NCBI GenBank assembly: GCA_033762915.1
Contig: JANRLD010000002.1
Span: forward strand, 1 to 64,000
Origin: Meiothermus sp.
GTDB lineage: Bacteria > Deinococcota > Deinococci > Deinococcales > Thermaceae
Length of the DNA: 64,000 bases
Direction of reading: 5' to 3'
A program made the position numbers and the translations under genes. Below are positions 47,638-59,466 of this stretch, piece by piece. Every line of letters begins with the position of its first letter. Within the stretch, counting starts at the first letter, position 1. Below the pieces are notes generated by a model, which saw only the letters and a list, made by a program, of their open reading frames with translations, ran no database searches and was not told the DNA's origin.

Positions 47638-49491
47638 CTACAGCGGGTTCTCGATCACGGTCTGGCCGTTGACCACCACCCTCAGTATCGCGCTGCCCTG
47701 AACGATGACCTCGGTGGGCGGGAAGATGTAGCCCGCTTCCACCGGACCTTCGAACAGGGTGTTGTTGCGCACCTCGTCCTGCACGATGATGGCCACCACC
47801 GCGCCCTGCGGGTATTGGCCGGTGTCCAGCGCGTAGGTCACGTTGACCCGGCGCTCCTGCGGCCCGGCGGCAACCGGCGGGGTGGGCTGGGGCGTCGGCT
47901 GGGGCGTTGGCTGAGGCGTGGGCTGGGGCTCCGGGGCGGTGGGGTTGGAGTTGGGGTTAGGGGCGGGCAAGACCGGCTCGACCGAGGGCTGCGGCTCGTT
48001 GGAGACCGGTTCGGGGGCGGGCCGCGGCTCGGGCTCGGGGGCCGGCGGGGGCGCCTCGAGGCGCGGCGGCTCGAAGGGCGAGGCGTTGGGGACGGCGGCG
48101 CTGGGCTGGCCTGCCACGAAGACCCGGATCGGGGTCTCGCGGTTGAGGATGACGCCGGGGCCGGGCTCCTGGCCCACGACCTGCCCGCCCGGCGCCCCGG
48201 AGGCCACCGGGATGAACTGCGGCTGTAGCTCGGCCACGGTCAGGATGTACTTGGCCTGATCCTGGGTCAAGCCGCTGAGGTCGGGCAACACTGTCTCGCG
48301 CACCCCGGGGCGCACCCCGGTCGAGACCAACAGCCGCACCCCCGAGCCCTGACGCAGGGGCTGGTTTTCCCTGGGGACGCTGGAAAGCACGGTGTCGCGG
48401 GTGTCGGCGGAGGCCACCCTGGTCACCCCCAGCACCGGGTATCCGGCGGCCTCGAGGGCCTGCCGGGCGTCTTGCAGCGAGCGCCCGACCAGGGTGGGGA
48501 CGCTGCCGAAGCGCGGCTTGTTGATGACCAGCTCGAGCCGACGCCCCGGCTTCACGCGGGTCGAGGCGTCGGGGGTCTGCTCCAAAATCTGATCCTTGGG
48601 CAGCGAGGGGTCGGAGCCCTCAGCGAACTCCACCTTGAGCCCGAAAGCCCGCACCGCCTCGAGGGCCTCGCGCGGGGTCTTGCCGATCAGGTCGGGCAGC
48701 ACGTACTCGGGCGGGTTGAGGTAGCGGAGGGTAGTCTGCCAGCCCAGGTAGCCCCCCAGGCCCAGCATGATGAGGCCCGGAACCCAGCCCGGCCAGTTGA
48801 GGAAAAAGCGCCGCTCGGGGCGGCGGGGCGGCTTAGCCTTGGCGGTTTTGGTCTTGGCGGCGACCGGCGCACCGTCCACTGGCTGCTCGACCCTGACCGT
48901 GCTGCCCTCCAGCCGCTGAGTCGGGGCGGGCGGCGGGAGTTCCACCGTGGCCCTGGCGGGGGCCGCCGGCTGGGCGGTCTGGGCCGCCGGGGGGGGCTTG
49001 CTCGAGGCCGCAAGGGGGGCGGCGGGCGGCGGGGCGGCAGGCTGGGTCAGGGGGCTTGGGGAGATGGGGTTGGCGTCCGGGGCGGGGAAGGCCACCGGGC
49101 TGATCTGCGGTCTCAGGTCGCCCACCAGCACCCGGCCCGACTCCTCGGCGGCCTCGAGGTCGCCCTCGCGGTAGCCGAAGGGCTCGAGCACATCCAAGAT
49201 GGGCTTGAGCCGCTTGGGCTTGGGGTTGGCGCGGGTCTGCTCGGGCCAGAAGGCGTAGTAGCGGCCGGGGTTGGCCGAGACCACCACCCCCTGCGGCAGC
49301 AGGCCCTGGCCCTCGAGGCGCCGGATGGCGTTTTTGTAGCGGTGGAAGGCGGTGCGGGCCTCCGGCCCATGCACCTCGAACCAGTACAGGCGGCCCCGCG
49401 CCCCATCGGCGGTCTCGACCTGGAAGGGCTGCAAAAACCCCTCAGCCCCCTCGGCGCTGATGACCTTAAACTTGTCGTCCAGTAACGACAC
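47638..49491 (-). CDS. Membrane protein with three PASTA domains and a degenerate kinase-like N-terminus
   Basis: LPDLIG, VPTLVG, LPDLSG PASTA starts; one TM; GTG 49491 preceded by TATAAT-N7. Confidence 0.82.
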   Translation of the reverse strand: MSLLDDKFKVISAEGAEGFLQPFQVETADGARGRLYWFEVHGPEARTAFHRYKNAIRRLEGQGLLPQGVVVSANPGRYYAFWPEQTRANPKPKRLKPILDVLEPFGYREGDLEAAEESGRVLVGDLRPQISPVAFPAPDANPISPSPLTQPAAPPPAAPLAASSKPPPAAQTAQPAAPARATVELPPPAPTQRLEGSTVRVEQPVDGAPVAAKTKTAKAKPPRRPERRFFLNWPGWVPGLIMLGLGGYLGWQTTLRYLNPPEYVLPDLIGKTPREALEAVRAFGLKVEFAEGSDPSLPKDQILEQTPDASTRVKPGRRLELVINKPRFGSVPTLVGRSLQDARQALEAAGYPVLGVTRVASADTRDTVLSSVPRENQPLRQGSGVRLLVSTGVRPGVRETVLPDLSGLTQDQAKYILTVAELQPQFIPVASGAPGGQVVGQEPGPGVILNRETPIRVFVAGQPSAAVPNASPFEPPRLEAPPPAPEPEPRPAPEPVSNEPQPSVEPVLPAPNPNSNPTAPEPQPTPQPTPQPTPQPTPPVAAGPQERRVNVTYALDTGQYPQGAVVAIIVQDEVRNNTLFEGPVEAGYIFPPTEVIVQGSAILRVVVNGQTVIENPL

Positions 49492-49659
49492 GCCTTTGAT
49501 TATAACCACCCGCCCAGGTCGCGGGTGAGGCGGGTGAAAGGGGTTTCGATACTGGCCTTGTGGCTGGTGCCCCCTAACCCCTAACCGCCGAGGTTCAGCC
49601 TGAGCACCCCGCCTCCCGCGGTTTATCCCAAAAGCTGGGCGATTGTTCGGGCAAATCTA

Positions 49660-49762
49660 AGAGCGGTTCCCACCCATACTCCCTACGGCGCTAAAGCGGG
49701 CAGTTTTTGCTGTAGGGAGTAGATTACCTGCCACTGCGAGGGAGGTAAGGTGGGAAACGCGA
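49660..49762 (+). mobile_element. MITE-like element, family A
   Basis: AGAGCGGTTCCCAC … GTGGGAAACGCGA; inverted near-identical copy at 51870-51973. Confidence 0.85.
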
Positions 49763-50012
49763 AGAGCTCGCGAGTTCAGTCTGGTCAACAACCAAACGGG
49801 CCTGCTGATGTGCCGTGACGAAGACGCCCAGCGTTGGCGCGGCGCGTACGGGGAAGCCCAGCGCATCATCTTTTGGTTACAAAACCGGGCCGAAGGTAAA
49901 ATGAATCCAGAAAAGCGAAAATTCCCTCATAAACAGCACTAAAAAATGGGTATTAGTACAATATCACTCGAGCTTCAGGGGCATACCATTAGCCCAGGCT
50001 GAACGGAGGCAT

Positions 50013-51869
50013 ATGGTTCTTCAGAAGGTCAACCACCCGCAAGACCTCAAGGCCCTCAGCGAGTCCGAGTTGCTTCAACTTGCCGACGAGCTGCGCTCCG
50101 AGATCATCCGCGTGACGTCGCAGAACGGCGGACACCTGGCCAGCAGCCTGGGGGCGGTCGAGCTGATCGTCGCACTGCACAAGGTCTTCGACTCGCCCAA
50201 GGACCGGCTGCTCTTCGACGTGGGCCACCAGGCCTACGCCCACAAAATCCTGACCGGGCGCAAGGACCTGATGCACACCATCCGCCAGGAGGGGGGCATC
50301 TCCGGCTTCACCAAGGTCTCGGAGAATGAGCACGACGCCATCACCGTCGGGCACGCCTCCACCTCGCTGGCCAACGCGCTGGGGATGGCCATCGCCCGCG
50401 ACGCGCTGGGTGAGGACTACAGCGTGGTGGGCGTCATCGGCGATGGGGCGCTCACGGGCGGGATGGCGCTGGCCGCGCTCAACGTGATCGGCGACCAGAA
50501 GCGCCGGATGCTGATGGTGCTCAACGACAATGAGATGAGCATCTCCGAGAACGTGGGGGCCCTCAACCGCTACTTCAAGGAGTATCAGACCAAGAAGTGG
50601 GTGCAGGACACCCAGAAGTGGGGACGGGAGGTGCTGGAGTCGATCTCGCCCAGGCTCTTCAACCTCGTCGACCGCACCAAGGAAGCCGCCAAGCTGATCA
50701 TGCACCAGGAGAACCCCTTCTACGCCTGGGGCCTGCGCTACGTGGGGCCGGTGGATGGGCACGACCTGAAGGGCTTGATCCACATCCTCGAGCAGATCAA
50801 AACCCTCGACGGCCCCACCCTGCTGCACATCGTCACCCAGAAGGGCAAGGGCTACCAGATCGCCGAGTCCGACCCCATCTACTGGCACGGCCCCCCGGGC
50901 TTCAACGTCGAGAACCCCGAGAAGGTGAGCAAGGGCTACAGCTGGTCGAGCGCCTTCGGCGATGCGATGACCGAGTTGGCCGCCATGGACAAGCGGGTCT
51001 TTGTGATCACCCCGGCCATGCGCGAGGGTTCGGGGCTGGTCAAGTACTCCCAGACCCACCCCGACCGCTACCTCGACACCGGCATCTGCGAGGACGTGTC
51101 CGCCACCACGGCGGCGGGCATGGGGCTGCGCGGCCTCAAGCCGGTGCTGGCCATCTACTCCACCTTCATGCAGCGGGCCTTCGACCAGATCGTCCACGAC
51201 ATCGCCATTGAGAACGTCGACACCATCTTCGCCGTAGACCGGGCGGGCATCGTGGGCGGCGACGGGGCCACGCACAACGGGGTCTTCGACATCTCGTACA
51301 TGCGCACCATCCCCAATGTGCAGATCGCCGCGCCGCGCAACGCCCTCGAGCTGCGGGCCATGCTCAAGCACGCCCTGACCCTCTCCGGCCCCATTGCCAT
51401 CCGCTACGCGCGCGACAACGTGGAGCCGGTCGAGCCGGGAACCTGGCCCAGCATCGAGTGGGGCCGCTGGGAGGTGCTAAAAGAGGGCAGCAAGGCCTAC
51501 ATCCTCAGCTTCGGCAAGACGCTGAAATACGCCCTCGAGGCCGCCAAGGACAACCCCGAGGTCGGCGTCATCAATGCCCGCTTCATCAAGCCGCTGGACA
51601 AGGGGATGCTCGAGATGCTGGCCCTCGAGGGCTACAAGCTCGTCACTACCGAGGACCACCAGAAGATGGGCGGGTTCGGCAGTGCGGTGCTCGAGGCGCT
51701 GAACGACCTGGGCCTCAAGCCCGACATCCGCGTGCTGGGCCTGCCCGACCTCTTCTACGACCACGGCTCCATCCCCCGCATGCACCGTGAGGCCGGGATC
51801 GACGCCGAGGCCATCAAGGCCGCTCTGAGGGAGATGGGTGTGGGACAGAAGGCCGTGGCCCACGACTGA
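50013..51869 (+). CDS. dxs: 1-deoxy-D-xylulose-5-phosphate synthase
   Basis: [44 protein letters not shown]. Confidence 0.97.
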   Translation: MVLQKVNHPQDLKALSESELLQLADELRSEIIRVTSQNGGHLASSLGAVELIVALHKVFDSPKDRLLFDVGHQAYAHKILTGRKDLMHTIRQEGGISGFTKVSENEHDAITVGHASTSLANALGMAIARDALGEDYSVVGVIGDGALTGGMALAALNVIGDQKRRMLMVLNDNEMSISENVGALNRYFKEYQTKKWVQDTQKWGREVLESISPRLFNLVDRTKEAAKLIMHQENPFYAWGLRYVGPVDGHDLKGLIHILEQIKTLDGPTLLHIVTQKGKGYQIAESDPIYWHGPPGFNVENPEKVSKGYSWSSAFGDAMTELAAMDKRVFVITPAMREGSGLVKYSQTHPDRYLDTGICEDVSATTAAGMGLRGLKPVLAIYSTFMQRAFDQIVHDIAIENVDTIFAVDRAGIVGGDGATHNGVFDISYMRTIPNVQIAAPRNALELRAMLKHALTLSGPIAIRYARDNVEPVEPGTWPSIEWGRWEVLKEGSKAYILSFGKTLKYALEAAKDNPEVGVINARFIKPLDKGMLEMLALEGYKLVTTEDHQKMGGFGSAVLEALNDLGLKPDIRVLGLPDLFYDHGSIPRMHREAGIDAEAIKAALREMGVGQKAVAHD

Positions 51870-51973
51870 TTGCGTTTCCCACCCTTACCTCCCTCGCGGC
51901 GGCAGGTAATCTACTCCCTACAGCAAAAACCGCCCGCTTTAGCGCCGTAGGGAGTATGCGTGGGAACCGCTCT
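51870..51973 (-). mobile_element. MITE-like element, family A, immediately after the dxs stop
   Basis: Reverse complement of 49660-49762 with about 6 differences. Confidence 0.85.
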
Positions 51974-51990
51974 GAAAACCTGATTCTACG

Positions 51991-52022
51991 GAAGCGCCCC
52001 GTCGTTGGGGCGCTTCTCTTTG
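51991..52022 (+). terminator. Terminator-like hairpin downstream of dxs
   Basis: GAAGCGCCCC … GGGGCGCTTC followed by TCTTT. Confidence 0.7.
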
Positions 52023-52066
52023 GATGTGGGCGTCGGGGGGCGCGTTGCGGGGTCGTGCGGGCGTAT

Positions 52067-52300
52067 AAGTTGCGCCAGGGCAGATTTGCAAGACCAGCGA
52101 ACGCCGAAAACACGTGTCTGGCGCAATTCCCTACGGGTGTTTCGGGGTGAGTTCCTGCACTTCAACTATGGAGATACTTAGGTGTCTCCATAGTTGGGAT
52201 GCGCAATGCCTCCCGGCAGCCCGTTAGGGAACGGCCCCAGTTAGCCGCTCGTTACCGAGGTCGCCTTGAGGGTTTCGCAATCTCAACTGTGGCGCAACTT
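52067..52300. mobile_element. Two abutting, oppositely oriented family C elements
   Basis: AAGTTGCGCCA…CTATGGAGATACTT (52067-52179), then AGGTGTCTCCATAG…TGGCGCAACTT (52180-52300). Confidence 0.72.
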
Positions 52301-52464
52301 AGCCGTGTGCCCCGGTGGGATGGTTGTTTTTGATGGCCGGAAGTTAGGCAGAACTTCGAGGGTCAAACAACCCCAGCCCGTAGGGACGTACGGCCGTACG
52401 TCCAAACATAGTGAGCATTTCCGGCACGCCAACACCCCACGGTTTCAGCAATGGCCAAGATGCG

Positions 52465-53640
<1,176 letters not shown>

Positions 53641-53822
53641 CGCGTGAGTATAACAAAAGCGGGCGGCGGCATTGGGTAAAAGCGGACGGGAGTACAAGGT
53701 AGCCGCGTAAGGCGTGAAGCCGCGCCCGCCGGGCCGCGTGGCTGCACGTCCCGGCCTCCTGAACAGCCGCCCTACTTGGCCTTCCCGTGCCCATCCTGGC
53801 CCTGTCCGGGGGTCGGGGGCGA

Positions 53823-53868
53823 TTGACGTCAGAGGGTAACCACCCTAGCATTGTAAGTATGTACTTAC
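53823..53868 (+). promoter_or_regulatory. TetR gene promoter and palindromic operator over the start codon
   Basis: TTGACG 53823-53828, N17, TAGCAT 53846-53851; GTAAGTA-TG-TACTTAC 53853-53868. Confidence 0.7.
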
Positions 53869-54449
53869 TTGCTAACTTTGAAGAACTGGATCCCACGCGG
53901 TCAGCATTGCTGCGCTCGGGCCTCGAGCTGCTGGCCGAGCGGGGCTATAAGGGGGCCATCACGCGCGAGATTGCCCAGCGGGCCGGGGTGTCGGAGGTGA
54001 CGCTGTTCCGGCACTACGGGAGCAAGGAAAGCCTTCTGCGCGAGGCGGTACACCGGCTGCGCCCGCCCATCGAGGCCGTGCTGCCCGTCCCCAGCGCGGA
54101 CATCGAGGCCGACCTGGTGCAGCTCGTGGCCAACTACAGCCGTGTCCTCGAGGCCAACGGGGGTCTGCTGGTGCGGCTGCTCTCCGAGCTGACGCGCCAC
54201 CCCGAGCTGGTGGAGGGCGGGGGGCTGGTCGGTCTGGCGGGCGCGATGCGGGCGGGGTTCGACTTTATGGCCGGGCGGCAGCGGGCGGGGCTGCTGCGCG
54301 ACGACGAACCGCCCACCCAGGCCATGCTGGCCCTGATGGGGCCGGTCTTCGCGCGCAAGATTCTGACCGGGGTGATGGGCCTCGAGCTGCCCCTCGACCC
54401 CCAGGCCCACGTGCGCGGCTTTTTAGAAGGGAGGCGGAAGGATGGTTAG
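53859..54449 (+). CDS. TetR/AcrR family regulator
   Basis: TREIAQRAGVSEVTLFRHYGSKE HTH. Confidence 0.92.
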   Translation: MYLLANFEELDPTRSALLRSGLELLAERGYKGAITREIAQRAGVSEVTLFRHYGSKESLLREAVHRLRPPIEAVLPVPSADIEADLVQLVANYSRVLEANGGLLVRLLSELTRHPELVEGGGLVGLAGAMRAGFDFMAGRQRAGLLRDDEPPTQAMLALMGPVFARKILTGVMGLELPLDPQAHVRGFLEGRRKDG

Positions 54450-55311
54450 CATACGCATGATTGAGCGAAGCTTCGGCAGCCGGGCGGCCCTGGGCGGGGT
54501 TAGCCTGGAGGTGGCCTCGGGCGAGGTCTTCGGGCTTTTGGGGCCCAACGGCTCGGGCAAGACCACCCTGATCCGCATCCTCACCGGGGTGTTGCCGCCG
54601 TCGGGCGGCAGCGCTACGGTGGCGGGGATCGATGTGGGACGCTATCCCGAGCGGGTCAAGGGCCTGATCGGCTACGCCACCCAGGAGGCCAGTGTCTACC
54701 GCGACCTGACCGTGCGCGAGAACCTCGAGTTCCGCGCTCGGCTGTACCTCAAGCCGGCCGGCACGGCCTACGCGCTGGAGGACATCCTCGGCCGGTTTGG
54801 TCTCAACGAGTACCAGGGCACCCTGGCGGGCGCGCTCTCGGGCGGCTGGCGGCAGCGGCTGGCCATCGCGCAGGCGGTCGTCCACAAGCCCCAGGTGCTC
54901 TTCCTCGACGAGCCCACCACCGGCCTCGATCCCGCCAGCCGCCGGGTCATCTGGGACTTGATCCACCAGGAGGCCGCCGGGGGCACCACCGTCTTCGTCA
55001 CCACCCACTACATGGACGAGGCCGAGCGCTGCCACCGCCTGGCCATGCTCGACCGCGGAAGGGTCATCGCCCAGGGCACACCCCACGAGTTGCGGCGGCG
55101 CGCCGAACAGCAGGCCCAGGTCGCTTTCACCTCCACCGCCCTGCCCCTCGAGCAGGCCCGCGCCCTTCCGGGCGTCCTCGACGGCTGGCCCAGCGGCGAC
55201 GGGTTAAGACTGCTGCTCGAGAAAGACGCCCACCCGGCGGGCCTGGCCTTGCAGCCGGTGCAGGCCAACCTCGAGGACGTGTTCATCGTGCTGACCCGGG
55301 GGAACCCATGA
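54442..55311 (+). CDS. ABC-2 exporter ATP-binding protein
   Basis: GPNGSGKT, LSGG, LDEPT, TTHYM. Confidence 0.93.
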   Translation: MVSIRMIERSFGSRAALGGVSLEVASGEVFGLLGPNGSGKTTLIRILTGVLPPSGGSATVAGIDVGRYPERVKGLIGYATQEASVYRDLTVRENLEFRARLYLKPAGTAYALEDILGRFGLNEYQGTLAGALSGGWRQRLAIAQAVVHKPQVLFLDEPTTGLDPASRRVIWDLIHQEAAGGTTVFVTTHYMDEAERCHRLAMLDRGRVIAQGTPHELRRRAEQQAQVAFTSTALPLEQARALPGVLDGWPSGDGLRLLLEKDAHPAGLALQPVQANLEDVFIVLTRGNP

Positions 55312-56429
55312 CCCGCATCCTGGCCCTCGCCCGTAAGGAGTTCACCCAGATCCGGCGCGACCATGTGCTCAGCCGGCTGATCGTCGGGCTGCCGATCGTG
55401 ATGACGCTCTTGTTCGGCTACGCCATCAACTTCACCCTTTCCAACATCAACTTGGCCCTCTACGATGGCTCCAGCGACCGCGTGAGCCAGGCCCTGGTGC
55501 AGGAATTGCAGAAGGAGAGCCGCTTCCGGGTCGCCTACACCGCCAGCAGCCCCGATGAGGTGGCTCGAGCCATCCAGGAAGGCCGGGCCAGGGTGGGGCT
55601 GCTGATTCCGCCGGGCGCGCTCGAGGCGGTACGCGCGGACAGGTCGGTGCAGCTCGAGGTGCTGGTGGACGGCTCCGACCCCAACTTCGCCGCGCAGGCC
55701 CAGGCGGGGCTGCGCAAGGCCCTGACCGAGGTTAACAGCCGCCTCCTGGCCGGCAAAGTGCTGGCGGGCGTGGCCACTACCCCGCCCCTGAACCCCACCC
55801 TCACCACCCTCTACAACCCCGACAACAAGACCGCGTGGTTCATGCTGCCGGGCATCATCGGGGTGATCCTGACCATCTTCACCGTGCTGCTCACTGCGCT
55901 GTCCATCGTGCGTGAGGGCGAGAGCCGCACCATGGAGGGGCTGATCGCCAGCCCCATCCAGCAGTACGAGGTGGTGCTGGGGAAGATCCTGCCCTACTTC
56001 CTGATCGGCTCGGTGGTCGCGGTGGTGGTGGTATCGCTGGGGCACTGGGTCTTCGGGGTGCCGGTACGGGGGAGCGTGTGGCTCCTGGGCGGGCTGGTGG
56101 TGCTGTTCGTGCTGGGCTCGCTGGGGGTGGGGGTGCTGATCTCCACACTGGCCCGCACCCAGATTCAGGCCGTCTTTGGCACCTTCGCCTACATCCTTCC
56201 GACCATCTTCCTCTCCGGCTTCGTCTTCCCGGTGGCCGGGATGCCCACTTTCTTCCAGTGGCTCTCGGCCATCATCCCAGCCCGCTACCTGATTGAGGGC
56301 ACCCGGGGGGTGATGCTGCGGGGCTCGGGCCTCGAGACCTTGTGGATAGACCTGGCCGCGCTGCTGGTTTTCAGCGCGGCGGTGCTGGGCCTGGCCTCGC
56401 TGCGGTTCAGGAAGCAGCTGGCGGTGTAA
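55308..56429 (+). CDS. ABC-2 exporter permease (YbhR/S-like)
   Basis: KEF.Q..RD, YNP, SIVRE.E..T.E, FLSGF.FP. Confidence 0.9.
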   Translation: MTRILALARKEFTQIRRDHVLSRLIVGLPIVMTLLFGYAINFTLSNINLALYDGSSDRVSQALVQELQKESRFRVAYTASSPDEVARAIQEGRARVGLLIPPGALEAVRADRSVQLEVLVDGSDPNFAAQAQAGLRKALTEVNSRLLAGKVLAGVATTPPLNPTLTTLYNPDNKTAWFMLPGIIGVILTIFTVLLTALSIVREGESRTMEGLIASPIQQYEVVLGKILPYFLIGSVVAVVVVSLGHWVFGVPVRGSVWLLGGLVVLFVLGSLGVGVLISTLARTQIQAVFGTFAYILPTIFLSGFVFPVAGMPTFFQWLSAIIPARYLIEGTRGVMLRGSGLETLWIDLAALLVFSAAVLGLASLRFRKQLAV

Positions 56430-56581
56430 AACCCCTCGAGCACGCTCTTAATCGTACCTTTACTCGAGGTCGGCAGCTAAACAAACTTAAGCACGGCCTT
56501 ACTGTGCCTTATCCTTGGGAGGCTAAAGTTAGGCTCGAGGTCGCACATCAGGCGACCGATTTTCCAAAAGAGGAACTGAGC

Positions 56582-57265
56582 ATGCAAAACGCCAAACGCA
56601 CCACGCTAAAAATTCTCGGACTGCTGGCGCTCTCGGCGGTCGGGCTTCAGCTCTCGGCCTTCGCCCAGACCATCGCCGACATCTCCCGCCAGGTGCAGGC
56701 CAACCTCGATCGCTCGCCCTGGGAGGCGGTCATCACCGGCAAGGTCTCGCTGCCCGACGGCAGCAGCCAGGACGCCGAGTTCCGCCTTCAGGTGCTGCCC
56801 GGCAAGGATCAGATTACCCGGGTGGAGTTTCGTAAGCCGGCCAGCCTCGAGGGCAACTTTGTGGTTATCTCCAACGCCGAGGTCTGGAACTACCTCTTTC
56901 TGACCAACCAGCTCATCGTGCAGCCCAGGGCCAGGGCCCGCATCGAGGGTATTGGGGTCAACCTGACCGACCTGGGCGACTTCGACCAGCTCACCGAGCG
57001 GGTCACGTTGCGCCTGAACGGCGAGGTCGGCACCTCCGGCGGGGCGGCCTGGCGCATCCAGGGCACGCCCAAAGACGCCACCCAGGGCTGGGCCAGCATG
57101 GAACTGCTGGTGCTCAAGAGCGACCCGCGACCGGTCTCGGTGATGCTGCGCGACTCGGCCGGCAAGACCGTGGCCGACCTCGACTTCTCCGGTTTCAAGC
57201 GCACCAACCTGACAGCTCGAGACCTGCGCAGGCGGCCTGCCGACGCCGAGGTGGTGCGGAGGTGA
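56582..57265 (+). CDS. LolA-like exported protein
   Basis: GAGG RBS; signal peptide; RVEF..P..LEG…WNY..LTNQ pattern. Confidence 0.7.
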   Translation: MQNAKRTTLKILGLLALSAVGLQLSAFAQTIADISRQVQANLDRSPWEAVITGKVSLPDGSSQDAEFRLQVLPGKDQITRVEFRKPASLEGNFVVISNAEVWNYLFLTNQLIVQPRARARIEGIGVNLTDLGDFDQLTERVTLRLNGEVGTSGGAAWRIQGTPKDATQGWASMELLVLKSDPRPVSVMLRDSAGKTVADLDFSGFKRTNLTARDLRRRPADAEVVRR

Positions 57266-57398
57266 GGCGGCGGGAAAGCTAGAGTCGAAAGGTCGGGAAA
57301 GAGTTTCGCGGCCCCTCGAGGGGTTCTGGATGCGGGCGCGGGTTTTCACCTCGCCCTGTTGTCCCGAGCTTTCGGCCTTCCGGTAAGATGTCGGGACG

Positions 57399-58025
57399 AT
57401 GAAGTATCAGGCGGTCATTTTCGACTTGCTCTCGGCCCTGCTGGACTCCTGGAGCTTGTGGGACGAGATCGCGGGGAGCCCGGAGGCGGGTCGGAGGTGG
57501 CGCAAGGCCTACCTCGAGCTTACCTACGCCACTGGGGCGTACCGCCCCTACGAGGTGCTGGTGGCCGAGGCCGCCGAGCGCGAGGGGTATCCGGCGGTAT
57601 GGTCGGAGGAACTGGCCCGGCGCTACTCCGAGCTGAAGCCCTGGCCCGAGGCCCATGAGGTGTTGGGCCGGCTCGCCGCCAAGGTGCCGCTAGCGATTGT
57701 GACCAATTGCTCCAACCCTCTCGCGAAGGTGGCGGTCGGTCAGATTGGCGTGCCCTTCGAGGTGATCGTGACCGCCGAGGAGGTGGGGTTCTATAAACCC
57801 GACCCGCGCACCTACTGGGCCGCGCTGAAGGCCCTGGGCCTGGAACCCGGTCAGGCCCTCTTTGTGGCGGGCTCCGCCTTCGACCTGGTGGGGACGGCTC
57901 GAGTGGGCATCCCGACCTACTGGCACAATCGGGTGGGTCTGAGTCTGCCCCCGGACACTGCGCCACCGCTAACTACGCAGACCAGCCTCGAGCCACTCCT
58001 CGAGTTCGCGGGGGTGAATGCATGA
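57399..58025 (+). CDS. HAD-superfamily hydrolase
   Basis: VIFDL, VTN, YKPDP, FVAGS.FD. Confidence 0.85.
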   Translation: MKYQAVIFDLLSALLDSWSLWDEIAGSPEAGRRWRKAYLELTYATGAYRPYEVLVAEAAEREGYPAVWSEELARRYSELKPWPEAHEVLGRLAAKVPLAIVTNCSNPLAKVAVGQIGVPFEVIVTAEEVGFYKPDPRTYWAALKALGLEPGQALFVAGSAFDLVGTARVGIPTYWHNRVGLSLPPDTAPPLTTQTSLEPLLEFAGVNA

Positions 58026-59152
58026 CCCTGGATCAGCTCGAGACACCGCGCCTGGTGCTCGACGAGGCCCGACTCGAGGCCAACCTGGCCCGTATGGCGC
58101 GGCACCTGGCGGGCCGCGCCGGGCTGCGCCCCCACATGAAAACTGCGAAGTCTGCCGAGGTGGCGCACAGGGCCCTCGAGGGGCAGTTTGGTGGCATCAC
58201 CGTCTCGACTCTCAAGGAGGCCGAGCAGTTCTTGGGTGCGGGCGTTCGCGATCTGCTGTACGCGGTGGGGGTGGTGCCGGGCAAGCTTGAGCAGGTGGCC
58301 GCCCTGCAGGACCGGGGCGCGGACTTGACGGTTGTTCTGGACAGCGCCCAGAACGCCAGGGCCGTTGCCCAACGCGCCGAGGGCCTGGGGATTCGTCTGC
58401 CCGTGCTGATCGAGGTGGACACCGACGGCCACCGCTCCGGCGTGGGGCCGGACGCGCCGGAACTGCTCGAGATCGCCCGCATCCTCCACGCCCACCCCGC
58501 CACCGAGCTGCGCGGGGTGATGACCCACGCCGGCGAGAGCTACAACCGCCGCTCGGTCGAGGCCATCGCGGCGCTGGCTGAGCAGGAGCGGCTGGGCGTG
58601 GTGGGGCCAGCCGAGCGCATTCGGGCGGCGGGGCTCCCGTGTCCGGTGGTTAGTGTGGGTTCGACCCCCACCGCGCTGCTGGGGAGGAGCCTCGAGGGCG
58701 TGACCGAGGTGCGGGCGGGCGTGTACATGTTCTTTGACCTGGTCATGGCGGGCCTGGGGGTGTGCGGCTTGGACGAAATCGCGCTCTCCGTCACCTGCAC
58801 GGTGATCGGGCATCAGCCCGAGAAGGGCTGGGTTATCACTGACGCGGGGTGGATGGCCATGTCGCGGGACCGCGGCACCGCCAAGCAGCCGACCGACCAG
58901 GGCTATGGGCTGGTCTGCGACCTCGAGGGCCGCCCCTTCGGCGACCTGATCGTGGCCGACGCCAGCCAGGAGCACGGGATAATTACGCACCGAAGGGGGG
59001 AGAGGTTCGACCTGGGGGCATTCCCGGTCGGCAGGGTGCTGCGGGTTCTGCCCAACCATGCCTGCGCCACCGCCGCCGCGCACCCCGCCTACCAGGTCGT
59101 GCGCAGCGACACCGAGGTGCGGGCGGTCTGGGAGCGGTTCGGTTTTTGGTGA
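58022..59152 (+). CDS. DSD1-family PLP enzyme (D-serine dehydratase/D-threonine aldolase-like)
   Basis: LETP, RPHMKT PLP lysine, GSTPT, SQEHG, PNHAC. Confidence 0.88.
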   Translation: MTLDQLETPRLVLDEARLEANLARMARHLAGRAGLRPHMKTAKSAEVAHRALEGQFGGITVSTLKEAEQFLGAGVRDLLYAVGVVPGKLEQVAALQDRGADLTVVLDSAQNARAVAQRAEGLGIRLPVLIEVDTDGHRSGVGPDAPELLEIARILHAHPATELRGVMTHAGESYNRRSVEAIAALAEQERLGVVGPAERIRAAGLPCPVVSVGSTPTALLGRSLEGVTEVRAGVYMFFDLVMAGLGVCGLDEIALSVTCTVIGHQPEKGWVITDAGWMAMSRDRGTAKQPTDQGYGLVCDLEGRPFGDLIVADASQEHGIITHRRGERFDLGAFPVGRVLRVLPNHACATAAAHPAYQVVRSDTEVRAVWERFGFW

Positions 59153-59282
59153 GTCTGAATCCTCCGGGTAGGGCCAGGGTTATGATCCGCTCAGCCGGGT
59201 GCGGCGGCAGTTCTGGCCCAGCTGAGCGGGGCAGGTCATGCCCGCCTTAGCGCCCGCTTTAGCGTCTGACTGCGAGAGGTAC

Positions 59283-59402
59283 AAGTTGCGCCATAGTGAG
59301 ATGGCAGGACTTCAGCACAACCGCATCAGCGAGCGGCTTGTGGGCGCAATTGCCCGATCTATCGGTGAGTGCGGATGCTGCAATTCCACTATGGAGATAC
59401 TT
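59283..59402 (+). mobile_element. Palindromic dispersed element, family C
   Basis: Near-identical to 36334-36449. Confidence 0.85.
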
Positions 59403-59466
59403 AAAGGTGGGAACCCCTGCGAGGCCGGGCACAAGGCACTGGCCCCGCACAGTCAAAAGGAGCCCG

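Noticed and set aside
47880..47930. PTPQ tandem repeats in the PASTA protein (and PNPT at about 20150-20200)
   Set aside because: Ordinary proline-rich linkers; no matching free peptide ORF seen
53641..53820. SAM riboswitch upstream of metK
   Set aside because: No S-box consensus seen; TATACT 6 nt before the GTG implies a leaderless transcript
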